Source of the DNA: Dehalococcoidia bacterium
Lineage (GTDB): Bacteria; Chloroflexota; Dehalococcoidia; Lucifugimonadales; JADFKI01
NCBI GenBank assembly: GCA_965242555.1
Contig: CBDESO010000005.1
Location: forward strand, 2,579-66,578
Direction of reading: 5' to 3'
DNA: 64,000 nucleotides
The notes beneath the pieces were generated by a model. It did not search any database. It was not told the DNA's origin and worked only from the letters and a program-made list of their open reading frames with translations. The translations under genes were made by a program, and so were the position numbers. Shown piece by piece: positions 30,327 to 40,340 of the stretch. Within the stretch, counting starts at the first letter, position 1; every line of letters begins with the position of its first letter.

Positions 30327-31229
30327 ATGATAACGCTTAAAGCCTACGCCAAGATAAACCTGACACTGGAAATCATCGGACGCCGCCGGGACGGCTATCA
30401 CGACATAGCGTCCATTATGCAGACGATAGACATCCGCGACGACGTAACCCTCGCGCCCGCGCCCGACCTCAGCCTGAGCTGCGACGACCCCGCGCTGGAG
30501 ACGCCCGACAACCTCGCGCTCATCGCCGCCCGCCTGCTGCGCGAAGAAAGCGGCTACGGCGGCGGCGCGCATATCGGCATACGCAAAGCGATACCCACCG
30601 CGTCGGGAATGGGCGGCGGCAGCAGCGACGCCGCCGCAACCCTGCGCGGCCTGAACCGCCTGTGGGGGCTGAATATGTCTGTGGCGCAACTGGAGTCTAT
30701 CGGCGCGAAAGTCGGCTCGGATGTGCCGTTTCTGCTGACGGGCGGCACGGCAATCGCGCTGGGCAGGGGCGAGCGCGTCCGCCGCCTGCCGCCCGCGAAT
30801 GTGGACTGGCTGGTCACTCTCACCCCGCGCATAGCCCCGGCGGGCGGACAGGCGTCCAAGACGGCGGCGCTCTACGATACGCTGACGCATGACAACTACA
30901 CGAGGGGATCGCTCACGCGCAAGCTTGAGGCGCGAATTCGCGGCGGAGGCGATGTGCCGCCGCAATTCCTGTTCAACGCATTCGACGACGTCGCCCGCCG
31001 CGCCTACCCAGGCTTGGAGCGATACAAAGTCGTATTCGGCGGGCTGGGCGCGCGCGAAATCCACCTGACGGGCAGCGGCCCCACGCTCTACGCGCTTATG
31101 CCGCGCCGCGAACTCGGCACGGCGATCCACCTGCTGCTCAAAAACGCGCACGGCTGGGACGCCCGCCTGGCGCGCGCCATCACGCCGCCGGCCGACGACG
31201 CCGACGACGCCGACGAGAGCGCAGACTAA
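30327..31229 (+). CDS. ispE: 4-diphosphocytidyl-2-C-methyl-D-erythritol kinase
   Basis: AYAKINL.L, K.IP...GMGGGSSDAA, GSDVPF, GRGE, LTGSGP; rsmA-ispE synteny. Confidence 0.95.
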   Translation: MITLKAYAKINLTLEIIGRRRDGYHDIASIMQTIDIRDDVTLAPAPDLSLSCDDPALETPDNLALIAARLLREESGYGGGAHIGIRKAIPTASGMGGGSSDAAATLRGLNRLWGLNMSVAQLESIGAKVGSDVPFLLTGGTAIALGRGERVRRLPPANVDWLVTLTPRIAPAGGQASKTAALYDTLTHDNYTRGSLTRKLEARIRGGGDVPPQFLFNAFDDVARRAYPGLERYKVVFGGLGAREIHLTGSGPTLYALMPRRELGTAIHLLLKNAHGWDARLARAITPPADDADDADESAD

Positions 31230-31246
31230 ATCGGAGGGCGGCAACC

Positions 31247-31666
31247 ATTCTGAACTCATTCATAGACGGCGCGATGCTTGGGATGCTGATGGCGTCCGCG
31301 TTCATCGTAGTCAGCATGGTGAGCCTATTCCTGCTGCTGAAAGGCAACGCGCCACAAGCGCAAGCCCTATTTGAGCGCCGCGCCCCCATGACCTTAGCGA
31401 TGGCCATAGTAGCTATCGCCTACCCCACCTGGGCAATCGTGGGCGGGATGCTCGCCGCACTCTACCGGATCAGCCTCGCCCAAGCGCCCGGCGGCGGCAT
31501 AGGCAGCCCCAACCTAACCTACACCCTCGCCGTAACCCTAGCCGCCCTAGCGCTCGCCGCCCCCATAGCCCTGCTGCTGCGCCGCCAGCTCGCCGCCGTC
31601 CTGGCGCTCACCCTCGCGTTCATAGCGCTATTCGGCTGGTTCCTGCCGTACTTCGTATCCGCGTAG
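31247..31666 (+). CDS. small hypothetical membrane protein (about 4 TM)
   Basis: Hydrophobic ORF co-oriented after ispE; ATG at 31274 or in-frame ATT at 31247 behind GGAGGG. Confidence 0.7.
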   Translation: MLNSFIDGAMLGMLMASAFIVVSMVSLFLLLKGNAPQAQALFERRAPMTLAMAIVAIAYPTWAIVGGMLAALYRISLAQAPGGGIGSPNLTYTLAVTLAALALAAPIALLLRRQLAAVLALTLAFIALFGWFLPYFVSA

Positions 31667-31783
31667 CGGCCTAACCCCGCATTGACCTTACACCGCATAA
31701 AACGCTACAATGCCCTTTCGGCTCAAACTAAGTTAATCATTAAGTCGCTAACCCCACACACAAACACACAGAGAGACCCGCAC

Positions 31784-32509
31784 TTGGCTATATTTGACCT
31801 GCATCTGCACACGGTTCGCGGCAGCAGCGACAGCGGACTTACCACCGAACAACTCATCAGCGAGGCGCGGCGCATAGGGCTGGATGGCGTGTGCCTCACC
31901 GAACACGCGGGCGGCTGGGAGGAGGCGGAGCTGCAAGCCGCGTTCAAAGGGTCGGGGCTGGTGGCGATACGAGCGCTGGAGGTCAATACCGAGATGGGGC
32001 ATATATTGACTTTCGGGCTGCATCGCTATGTGGACGGCATGCACACCGCCGCCGGGCTGCGAAAGGTGGTCGACCGCGCGGGCGGCGTGATGATTTCGGC
32101 GCACCCGTTTCGCAATTTCTTCAATCGCCCGCCCTACAATAGAAACCTGCTTTTCGAAAACGCCAACGGCGCGCGCCCGTCAACCGCTACTGAGGCGTCC
32201 AAGCACGCGCTCTTTGAGATTGTGGACGACATCGAGGTAGCCAACGGTTGCAACACCGACCAAGAGAACCTGTTCACCCTGGACGTGGCGCGGCATCTGG
32301 GATTCACCGGCAGCGGCGGCAGCGACGCCCACTCCACGCACGGCATAGGCAAATGCGTCACCGTCTTTGACGGCGATGTGCGCTGCGAGGCGGACTTGAT
32401 AGAGGCGCTCAAAGCCAAGGCGTTCAGCGCCGCGCAGGGCTTTCACAAGGGCGAACTCATGCCGTTCACAAGCGGCGGCATAGCCGAACCCGCCCTCGCG
32501 CTGTCCTAG
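31784..32509 (+). CDS. PHP-domain metallophosphoesterase (paralog of 9573-10244)
   Basis: DLHLHT, LTEH, GHIL, AHPFR, GGSDAH; TTG start; promoter TTGACC-18-TACAAT at 31682-31711. Confidence 0.88.
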   Translation: MAIFDLHLHTVRGSSDSGLTTEQLISEARRIGLDGVCLTEHAGGWEEAELQAAFKGSGLVAIRALEVNTEMGHILTFGLHRYVDGMHTAAGLRKVVDRAGGVMISAHPFRNFFNRPPYNRNLLFENANGARPSTATEASKHALFEIVDDIEVANGCNTDQENLFTLDVARHLGFTGSGGSDAHSTHGIGKCVTVFDGDVRCEADLIEALKAKAFSAAQGFHKGELMPFTSGGIAEPALALS

Positions 32510-32672
32510 CGCCGTTTCGCCGGATATGCCAAGCCGCGTTGCCCAATAGCCCGCCCGCATTTGCTTGACAACGCCCGCAACGCTATCATTGGCGGCAACA
32601 GGGCAAGCATCCGCGCATCCCCCGCGAACCGCGCAACCCGCCGCTACACATCACATCAGGAGGCGCAACGCT

Positions 32673-34586
32673 ATGCAGACCGTCAACCCTATCGCCAACA
32701 AGTGGCGCAAAGACGCCACCGCCGACCCTATCGCCTTTTGGGAGCGGGCGGCGGCGGAGCTGCCGTGGTTCCGAAAGTGGGACGAAGTCTTTCGCTGGGA
32801 CTTTCCCGAATTCCGATGGTTTAGCGGCGCGCGCACGAACATCGCCTACAACGCCATCGACCGCCATGTCAAGCGCGGCTGGGGCGGCCACGCGGCGCTC
32901 GCCTACGCCAACGAGCGCGGCGAGCGGCAGGTGTTCACATACTCGCAGCTCAAATACGAAGTCGAGCGCATAGCCGCCGCGCTGCGCGGCATGGGCATCC
33001 GCAAGGGCGACCGCGTCACAATCTATATGCCCGTGTCCCCGGAGGCGATAGCGCTGATGCTGGCGTGCGTCCGCATCGGCGCGATTCACTCGGTAGTGTT
33101 CGCCGGCTTTGGCGCGGGCGCGCTGGGCGACCGCATCCAAGCGAGCGGCTCGCGCCTTGTGTTCACAACCGACATCACCTATCGCAAAGGGCGGGACATC
33201 CCGCTAAAAGGCATTGTGGACGCCTCGCTGGAAATCGGCGGCGACCAGGTGGAAAGCGTGATAGTCGTCAAGCGCGCGGCGGACACGCCAATGACGCCGG
33301 GCCGGGACATCGCCTGGCAGGACTTCCTAGCGCGCGGCGAGGGCTGCGACGGCGGCTACGTCGAGATGGAGGCAAACGAACCCGCCTACATCCTAGCCAC
33401 ATCCGGCACCACCGCCAAGCCCAAACTCGCCGTCCACACGCACGGCGGCTATCAAGTCGGCATACACAGCTTGGGCAAGTGGTGTTTCGGGCTGCGCGAT
33501 ACCGATGTGTGGTGGGCAACATCCGACATAGGCTGGGTCGTCGGCCATTCGTACATCGTGTACGCCCCCCTGCTTGCGGGCAGCACGACCATCGCCTTTG
33601 AGGGCGCGATTGACCATCCGCACCCCGACGCCATCTGGCGCATATGCGAAGAGTTCGGCGTAACGGGAATGTTCACATCGCCCACCGCCGTGCGGCTGCT
33701 GATGCGCTACGGCGATGAAGGCAAGCCCAAGACCGGCTTGGCGGCGCTGGAGCGCATCGTTTGCGCCGGCGAAGTGCTAAACCCGCCCGCGTGGGAATGG
33801 CTGCAGCGAGAAGTTCTGCAAGACCGCATCCCCGTCATAGACCACTACTGGCAGACCGAAACGGGCGGCCCCCTTGTGGGCAACCCCTACGGGCTGGCGA
33901 TGCTGCCCATCAAGCCCGGCTCCAGCGGCACGCCGATGCCCGGCATAGAGGCGGCGGTTATGTCCCTAGAGGGCGAGCCCTGCGATGCGGGCGAAAAGGG
34001 CATACTCGTCATCAAGCGCCCCTTCCCAAGCCTGACGCCGATGCTCTGGGGCGAGCCGGAGCGCTACGCCGCCGACTACTGGGGCAAAATCCCGGGGCGA
34101 CGGGTATATTTCACCGGCGACTCGGCGCACATAGACGAAGACGGCTATGTCTGGTTCGCCGGACGCGCCGACGAAGTCATCAAGATAGCCGCCCACCGCA
34201 TCGGCACAATAGAAGTCGAGTCGGCGTTCCTCACGCATCCCGCCGTAGCCGAGGCGGGCGTAACCGGCCGCCCCGACGAGCTGCGCGGCGAAGTCATCTC
34301 CGCATTCGTAGCGCTGCGCGACGACTACGCCCCGTCCGACGACCTCAAGCGCGAACTGCTCCAAGCCGTCCGCCGCGAGCTCGGCCCCGTAGCGGTAATC
34401 AGCGAGCTAAACTTCGTGGACATGCTGCCCAAGACCCGCAGCGGCAAAATAATGCGCCGCGTCTTCAAGGCGGTTGTCCTAAACCAGGATCCCGGCGACA
34501 TCACCACGATAGAGGACGAGGGCAGCGTAGAAGAGGCGCGCCAAGCCTGGGAGCAAATGCGGGCAAGCCTAAGCGGCGGGCGTTAG
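32673..34586 (+). CDS. acs: acetate/propionate--CoA ligase
   Basis: RIGAIHSVVFAGF, TSGTTAKPK, YWQTETGG, YFTGD, PKTRSGKIMRR; AGGAGG SD before ATG 32673. Confidence 0.9.
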   Translation: MQTVNPIANKWRKDATADPIAFWERAAAELPWFRKWDEVFRWDFPEFRWFSGARTNIAYNAIDRHVKRGWGGHAALAYANERGERQVFTYSQLKYEVERIAAALRGMGIRKGDRVTIYMPVSPEAIALMLACVRIGAIHSVVFAGFGAGALGDRIQASGSRLVFTTDITYRKGRDIPLKGIVDASLEIGGDQVESVIVVKRAADTPMTPGRDIAWQDFLARGEGCDGGYVEMEANEPAYILATSGTTAKPKLAVHTHGGYQVGIHSLGKWCFGLRDTDVWWATSDIGWVVGHSYIVYAPLLAGSTTIAFEGAIDHPHPDAIWRICEEFGVTGMFTSPTAVRLLMRYGDEGKPKTGLAALERIVCAGEVLNPPAWEWLQREVLQDRIPVIDHYWQTETGGPLVGNPYGLAMLPIKPGSSGTPMPGIEAAVMSLEGEPCDAGEKGILVIKRPFPSLTPMLWGEPERYAADYWGKIPGRRVYFTGDSAHIDEDGYVWFAGRADEVIKIAAHRIGTIEVESAFLTHPAVAEAGVTGRPDELRGEVISAFVALRDDYAPSDDLKRELLQAVRRELGPVAVISELNFVDMLPKTRSGKIMRRVFKAVVLNQDPGDITTIEDEGSVEEARQAWEQMRASLSGGR

Positions 34587-34906
34587 CGGGCATTGCGGCT
34601 AATCTTACTCTACAACGCGCCGCCTGTCCCCACCTTAGGCGGCTTTGCAACGCAAGACTGGCATTGCGGTGTTGCGCCATAGTTGCGCCATATAGGGCGG
34701 CGCATAGCCGCGCATACGCGCACGCGCAATTCTTTGTTCACTGCCAGCGCCGGTGGGCAAACCCGCGCACGCGCATACGCACACAGCGCAAAATCCGCGC
34801 AATCCGCCAAATTGCGCCCTAATTCCCCCTTGCGCCATAGCACATATATCCGCATAATTGTGCTATACTCTTACGCCCGCTACACCCGCGCCGCTACACA
34901 AAGCCC

Positions 34907-37813
34907 ATGACCACCTCATCAAGACAAGCCGAATCCAGCGCCAACACAGCCCTCGCCGACCTGCTGCGGGGAATGATGCACGGCGTCCTCGCCCGCGCCG
35001 AAAACACCCAGGTCATCACCGGCCAGCCCGCCCTGCGCCCCGACGTCCTCATCACCGACCCGTTTCGCGCCCCCGTCGTGGTAGAGGCCGAATACCTGCC
35101 CGCCGCCTCTGTGGAAGACGAGGCGCACTCCCGCCTGGCGCTCGGCGTGGAGGGCGATTCCCGCCCCATAGAGGCCGCCGTAGCCCTCCGATACCCCACC
35201 GGCTTGCAGACCGCCCCCGACATCCGCGCCGCCCTGCTCGCCGCCCGCTCCGAATACGCCGTGCATTACAAAGACGGCGGCCGCTTTCCCACATCCGGCT
35301 GGCTAACCGGCTCGGTGTCCGACATCGCCGACATCATCCGCCTGGCGTCAGTCCCGCAAAGCGAGGTGGACGCCGCCGCCGATACGCTTGAGCGGGGTAT
35401 AGAGCGCGCCGTGGCGTCGCTGAACAATTTTGTGATAACGCGCCCGTTCATCACCCCCGAAATCGCGCGGCTGCTGGGGATGCCCGACGAGCTGCCAACG
35501 CGCCGGATGGCTTGCGCCATTATCGCCAACGCGCTCATCTTTCACTCGCGGCTCGCGGGCATAAACCCCGAAATCAAGCCGCTGGATACCCTCTGGCAAT
35601 CCGATTTGGACAACCCAAAGACGCGCATAATCGAAGTTTGGGATGAGATCCTAGAGCTCAACTACTGGGCTATATTCGCAATCGCGCGAGACATACTGCT
35701 GCAGCTGCCCGCCGCGTATGAGACGGCGGCGCTGCTAAACCGGCTGCGCGAAACCGCGCTAACCATCAATATGAGCGGCGCTCTTTTCGCGCACGACCTA
35801 ACCGGGCGCATCTTCCAGCGCCTAATCGCCGACCGCAAGTATCTCGCCACCTTCTACACGCTGCCCGCCTCCGCCGCGCTGTTGGCGCAGCTCGCCGTCG
35901 CCAAGCTAAACGGCGTTGACTGGGCGGACGCCGCCGCCATAGGCAAGCTGCGCGTGGCGGACTTCGCCTGCGGCACGGGCGCGCTGCTGTCCGCCGTCTA
36001 TGAGCAGCTCGCCAACCGCTACGAGCGCGAGGGCGGCAATCCCGCCGACCTGCACAAGGCGATGATGGAAGACGTCCTCTACGGCTGCGACGTAATGCCC
36101 TCCGCCATTCACATCAGCGGCTCATCCCTATCGGGCATACAGCCCGGCGTTGGGTTTGACCTGTCCCGCCTCTACTCAATGCCCTACGGCCGCCAATCCG
36201 ACGGCGGCGTTCAAATCGGCTCGCTGGAACTGCTGCGAACCTCAAGCGTGCTGACGCTCTTCAACACCAACGACCCCGCGCGGCGCACCGGCAGCATAGG
36301 CGAAGAGACCGCATCCCAAATCGTCGCCGAATTCCCCGACGATTCGTTTGACATAGTGATAATGAACCCGCCGTTCACGCGCTCCACCAATCACGGCGGC
36401 GCGCACCGCGATGTGGTCAACCCCGCATTCGCCGCCTTTGGCGCCGCCGCCGCCGACCAGACCGAAATGGGCAATCGCCTGAGCGCGATGGGAGTGGACA
36501 ACTGCTATCACGGCAACGCCGGCCTCGCCTCGGCTTTCGCGGCGGTGGCACATCGCAAGCTCAAGCCGGGCGGCGCGCTCGCGCTTGTCTTGCCGCTAGT
36601 GGCGTCCGCCGGCCAATCTTGGGACAAGTTCCGCCAAATGCTCAGCGCGGACTACACGGACATATCCGTCATAAGCATCGCCGCCGCGAACATCAACGAA
36701 ATCTCATTCTCGGCGGACACCGGCTTGGGCGAATGCCTGATAATCGCCCGCAAGCGAACTGCTGCCGATCCCAAGCGCGGCCGCATAAAATTCACATCCC
36801 TGCGGCGGCGTCCCCAGGGCATCGCGCAGGCGTCGGTTGTAGCGAAAGCCATCCTAGACCATCCCGAAAGCCGCAAAATAGAAGACGGCCCCTACGGCGG
36901 CGCGCTGGTTTCGGTCGGCAACGAGCAAATCGGCGAAATCCTAGACACCCCCCAAGCCGACGGCGGCAAACTAAGCGCCGTGCGCCTATACGACGCCGCC
37001 GTAGCCCAAACCGCGTACTCCCTAACCCAATCAAGCCTATGGCTACCCGCGCAACGTACGCCGTTAGATCTTAAAATTGCCTCTCTTGGCGACGTAGGCA
37101 GTCTCGGATATGTTCATCGTGACATAACGGGCCCGGCGCCTCGCGGCCCATTTGACAAAATAGATCCTAGCCCAACCGCTACATATCCCGCGCTGTGGAA
37201 TCATAACTTCAGGATGGAAACGCGCATAATTTGCGAACCCGATTCGCAATTGCAGGTCAGGCGGGGCATGGAAGACAAAGCCGCCACAATTTGGGAAACC
37301 GCCAGCCGGGCGCATCTGTGTCTTGATTTCGGCTACAGCTCCAATTCGCTCTGCGTAGCGATAACTGAACGCCCCAGCATTGGCGGCCGCGCGTGGCCCA
37401 ATGTGCAGTTCCCTGACGCCAGGTTTGACTACGCCTTCGCCCTATGGAGCAACAGCGCTTTGGGCATACTGATGCACTGGTGGCATGCAAGCCTTCAGGA
37501 CGTCGGCAGGGGATCTATATCCATCCGCGCCGCCGAAAGCCTGCCCACCCTAGACTTGCGCGCCCTCACAGACGCCCAGCTGGACAGAGCGCAGACTATC
37601 TTTGAAGAATTCCGCGCCATGGAGTTCCTACCCGCCTACCTTGCCGACGCCGACCCCAACCGCGCACTGCTGGATCGCCGCGTACTATGCGACCTACTCG
37701 GCTTTGACGACGATGTCTATCACCACGCGCGCTTGCTCGCCCAAAAGTGGTGCGCCGAACCCTCAGTCCACGGCGGCAGGCGGCGTCCTGAGAGCGCGGA
37801 GTTCGTCAGTTAG
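34907..37813 (+). CDS. single-chain Type IIG/IIL-like restriction-modification enzyme (nuclease + gamma-class amino-MTase + specificity region)
   Basis: N-terminal RPDVLI...VVVEAE nuclease-like motif; FYT, motif I DFACGTG before motif IV NPPF; long C-terminal TRD-like region. Confidence 0.85.
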   Translation: MTTSSRQAESSANTALADLLRGMMHGVLARAENTQVITGQPALRPDVLITDPFRAPVVVEAEYLPAASVEDEAHSRLALGVEGDSRPIEAAVALRYPTGLQTAPDIRAALLAARSEYAVHYKDGGRFPTSGWLTGSVSDIADIIRLASVPQSEVDAAADTLERGIERAVASLNNFVITRPFITPEIARLLGMPDELPTRRMACAIIANALIFHSRLAGINPEIKPLDTLWQSDLDNPKTRIIEVWDEILELNYWAIFAIARDILLQLPAAYETAALLNRLRETALTINMSGALFAHDLTGRIFQRLIADRKYLATFYTLPASAALLAQLAVAKLNGVDWADAAAIGKLRVADFACGTGALLSAVYEQLANRYEREGGNPADLHKAMMEDVLYGCDVMPSAIHISGSSLSGIQPGVGFDLSRLYSMPYGRQSDGGVQIGSLELLRTSSVLTLFNTNDPARRTGSIGEETASQIVAEFPDDSFDIVIMNPPFTRSTNHGGAHRDVVNPAFAAFGAAAADQTEMGNRLSAMGVDNCYHGNAGLASAFAAVAHRKLKPGGALALVLPLVASAGQSWDKFRQMLSADYTDISVISIAAANINEISFSADTGLGECLIIARKRTAADPKRGRIKFTSLRRRPQGIAQASVVAKAILDHPESRKIEDGPYGGALVSVGNEQIGEILDTPQADGGKLSAVRLYDAAVAQTAYSLTQSSLWLPAQRTPLDLKIASLGDVGSLGYVHRDITGPAPRGPFDKIDPSPTATYPALWNHNFRMETRIICEPDSQLQVRRGMEDKAATIWETASRAHLCLDFGYSSNSLCVAITERPSIGGRAWPNVQFPDARFDYAFALWSNSALGILMHWWHASLQDVGRGSISIRAAESLPTLDLRALTDAQLDRAQTIFEEFRAMEFLPAYLADADPNRALLDRRVLCDLLGFDDDVYHHARLLAQKWCAEPSVHGGRRRPESAEFVS

Positions 37814-37873
37814 CAGAAACCAGCAAAATAGGATACGGCGCTGTGATACCCATACATATAAGAGAGGCGCTAT

Positions 37874-38827
37874 ATGCCCGAAAGCCGCAAATTAGAAGAC
37901 GGCCCCTACGGCGGCGATATTATCGCGCTTGGGGACGAAATAATCGGCGAAACCATTGACGCTCCGCAACTCCCCAGCGGCAAGCTAAGCGCCGTGCGCC
38001 TATATGACGCCGCCGTAGCCCAGACCGCGCACGCTCTAACCCAATCAAGCCTATGGCTGCCCGCGCAATTCATGCCGCTGGAACTGAAAATGGCGTTGCT
38101 GGGCGATGTTGGAAAGCGCGGCTTGGTTTCCAGAGACATAAACGAACCCCCAACTCGCGGCCCCTTTGACCTACTTGATCCTAGCCCTACGTCCACCTAC
38201 CCCGCGCTTTGGAATCACAACGCCAAGGCGGAAACGCGAATAATATGCGAACCCGATTCACAACTGCGAGTGCGTCCGGGCTTGGAAGAAAAAGCTGCGC
38301 TAGTCTGGAACACCGCGAGCCGCGCCCATCACAATGTTGAATTCAGATACAACTCCCAGCCGCTCTGCGTAGCGATAACTGAACGCCCCAGCATCGGCGG
38401 CCGCGCTTGGCCCAATATACAATTCCCCGACGCCCGATTTGACTACGCATTCGCCCTATGGGGCAACAGTACCTTGGGCATATTGATGCACTGGTGGCAC
38501 GCAAGCCTCCAAGACGCCGGCAGAGGCTCAATATCCATCACCGCCGCCGAATCCCTCCCCACCCTAGACCTCCGCGCCCTAACCGACGCCCAACTAGCCA
38601 CCGCCCAGACCATCTTCAACGAATTCCGCGACCTAGACCTACTCCCCGCCTACCTCGCCGACGCCGACCCCAACCGCGCCCTGCTAGACCGCCGCGTCCT
38701 ATGCGACCTGCTCCACTTCCCCGAACCCGTCTATCGCGCCGCCCGCCTCCTCGCCCAAAAGTGGTGCGCCGAACCCTCAGTCCACGGCGGCAAGCGGCGT
38801 CCTGAGGGCGCGAAGTTCGTGGTCTAG
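37874..38827 (+). CDS. stand-alone variant copy of the C-terminal specificity region of the upstream RM enzyme
   Basis: Residues 2-317 align gap-free with residues 653-968 of the upstream gene (about 77% identical by hand count); own ATG after AGAGAGG. Confidence 0.85.
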   Translation: MPESRKLEDGPYGGDIIALGDEIIGETIDAPQLPSGKLSAVRLYDAAVAQTAHALTQSSLWLPAQFMPLELKMALLGDVGKRGLVSRDINEPPTRGPFDLLDPSPTSTYPALWNHNAKAETRIICEPDSQLRVRPGLEEKAALVWNTASRAHHNVEFRYNSQPLCVAITERPSIGGRAWPNIQFPDARFDYAFALWGNSTLGILMHWWHASLQDAGRGSISITAAESLPTLDLRALTDAQLATAQTIFNEFRDLDLLPAYLADADPNRALLDRRVLCDLLHFPEPVYRAARLLAQKWCAEPSVHGGKRRPEGAKFVV

Positions 38828-38867
38828 GATGTTGCCGTAGCGCTGTCCAGCGCGTCCGCTGTCGCGT

Positions 38868-39320
38868 CTAGCCCCTTATCGCCGCCCCATCCACCGCCGC
38901 CCCTATCGCCCCCTTCAGCGGCTCCAGATACGAGCGCGCCGTCCGCATCGTGGGCAGCAGAGCCTCGCAGGGTATCCACTCGCACAAGTCAATGTTCTCC
39001 GACAGATCTGGAACAAGCGGATCCGCCCGGCTACCGGCATAATCCAGCAAAAACCAGTCCACCGTCTTGTTGAACGGCTTGCCGGAGTAGTACGAGATGT
39101 AGCTTGTGCGGGCGAGCGGCGCGCGCACTGACAGCAGCGCGGGATTTAAGCCCGTCTCTTCGGCGATTTCGCGGATGGCGCAGATTTCGGGCAATTCGCG
39201 CTTTTTGCGCTTGCCCTTGGGAATGTCCCACAACCCATGCTTGCGTATCAGCAGCCCATAGCCGCCGCAGAGGACTATGCCGCCCGCGGCGGACATTTGA
39301 GGCAGTTCGGGGCTATTCAT
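38868..39320 (-). CDS. NUDIX hydrolase
   Basis: Complete Nudix box GKRKKRELPEICAIREIAEETGL preceded by WDIPK. Confidence 0.9.
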   Translation of the reverse strand: MNSPELPQMSAAGGIVLCGGYGLLIRKHGLWDIPKGKRKKRELPEICAIREIAEETGLNPALLSVRAPLARTSYISYYSGKPFNKTVDWFLLDYAGSRADPLVPDLSENIDLCEWIPCEALLPTMRTARSYLEPLKGAIGAAVDGAAIRG

Positions 39321-40209
39321 GCATTAGTATCCGTTCCAGCACCGCCACCTGCGCCGCGTTCATATCCCGAAACAGAACGCCGTCCACGATGATGTTTCGC
39401 AGGTCGGGCTGCTCCCTATCCGGCTCCGCGGCGACTAGACTGAGATCTTTGCCGCGATAATCAAATTGGCTCAGGATGTAGTATATCGTGTTCAGGCGCG
39501 CCTGATGCTTGTTGTCAGAATCTATTATCACCCACGGCGCGTAATCGGTTGATGTGACCGCGAACATTCGCTCCTTGAAATAGGTGAGCAGCTGCCAGCG
39601 CTCGGCGGTTTTGCGGTCGGTGGGCGAGTATTTCCAGTATTGCAGCTCGCTGTCGCGGCGCATCTTAAAGCGCAAATCCTGCGCCTCGCGCGAAACCGAC
39701 AGGTAGATTTTAAGCAGGCGCACGCCCTCATCTACAACGCGCTTTTCCCAGTCGTTGATGTGCGTCATAAAGTAGCCGTACTGCCGCATAGAGCAGTAGC
39801 CCAGCGCGGGCTGCACAAGCGCGCGGGAATACCATGAGCGGTCGAATATGGCGATGTTGCCCGGCGTGGGCAGCATCTTGTAGTGGCTGCCAAGCCAGTT
39901 TCGCATCTGCTGCGGCGAGGGTATGCCCTGCGCGATAACCTTGGCGGATTTGGGATTGAGATAGTGCGTAATGCCCGCGGCGGTAGCCCCCTTGCCCGCG
40001 GCGTCCCTGCCCTCCAGCACGATTGCCGCGCGGATGCCCCGCTCCAATATCCACTCCTGCATAAGCAGCAGTTGGACGCGCAGCAACCGCAATTCGGCGC
40101 GATAGGCGGGATAATCTATATCGCGGAACGCCGCGACTTCATAGCCGGTCGCGGTGGTTTGCGGCAGGATATTCGTGGGGGCTTGCGTATAGCGGTCGGA
40201 TTTCATCAT
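39313..40209 (-). CDS. ppk2: polyphosphate kinase 2
   Basis: EGRDAAGKG Walker A, IFDRSWY Walker B, WKYSPTD, APW.II.SDNK..ARLN. Confidence 0.92.
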   Translation of the reverse strand: MMKSDRYTQAPTNILPQTTATGYEVAAFRDIDYPAYRAELRLLRVQLLLMQEWILERGIRAAIVLEGRDAAGKGATAAGITHYLNPKSAKVIAQGIPSPQQMRNWLGSHYKMLPTPGNIAIFDRSWYSRALVQPALGYCSMRQYGYFMTHINDWEKRVVDEGVRLLKIYLSVSREAQDLRFKMRRDSELQYWKYSPTDRKTAERWQLLTYFKERMFAVTSTDYAPWVIIDSDNKHQARLNTIYYILSQFDYRGKDLSLVAAEPDREQPDLRNIIVDGVLFRDMNAAQVAVLERILMHE

Positions 40210-40340
40210 AGAGAACGCCAGGGTATCGCAGCATATCAGTATCGCGCGGCGGGTTTGCGCTATTCACTTTATAACGGCAAGCGGGCGAGTTTCAAGGGTA
40301 GCGGGGGATACCCTGAGGGGGATGCTGAGAGGGATGCGCC

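Noticed and set aside
36863-38827. Diversity-generating retroelement TR/VR pair
   Set aside because: No reverse transcriptase in the window, repeat is about 950 bp, and differences are not confined to adenines.
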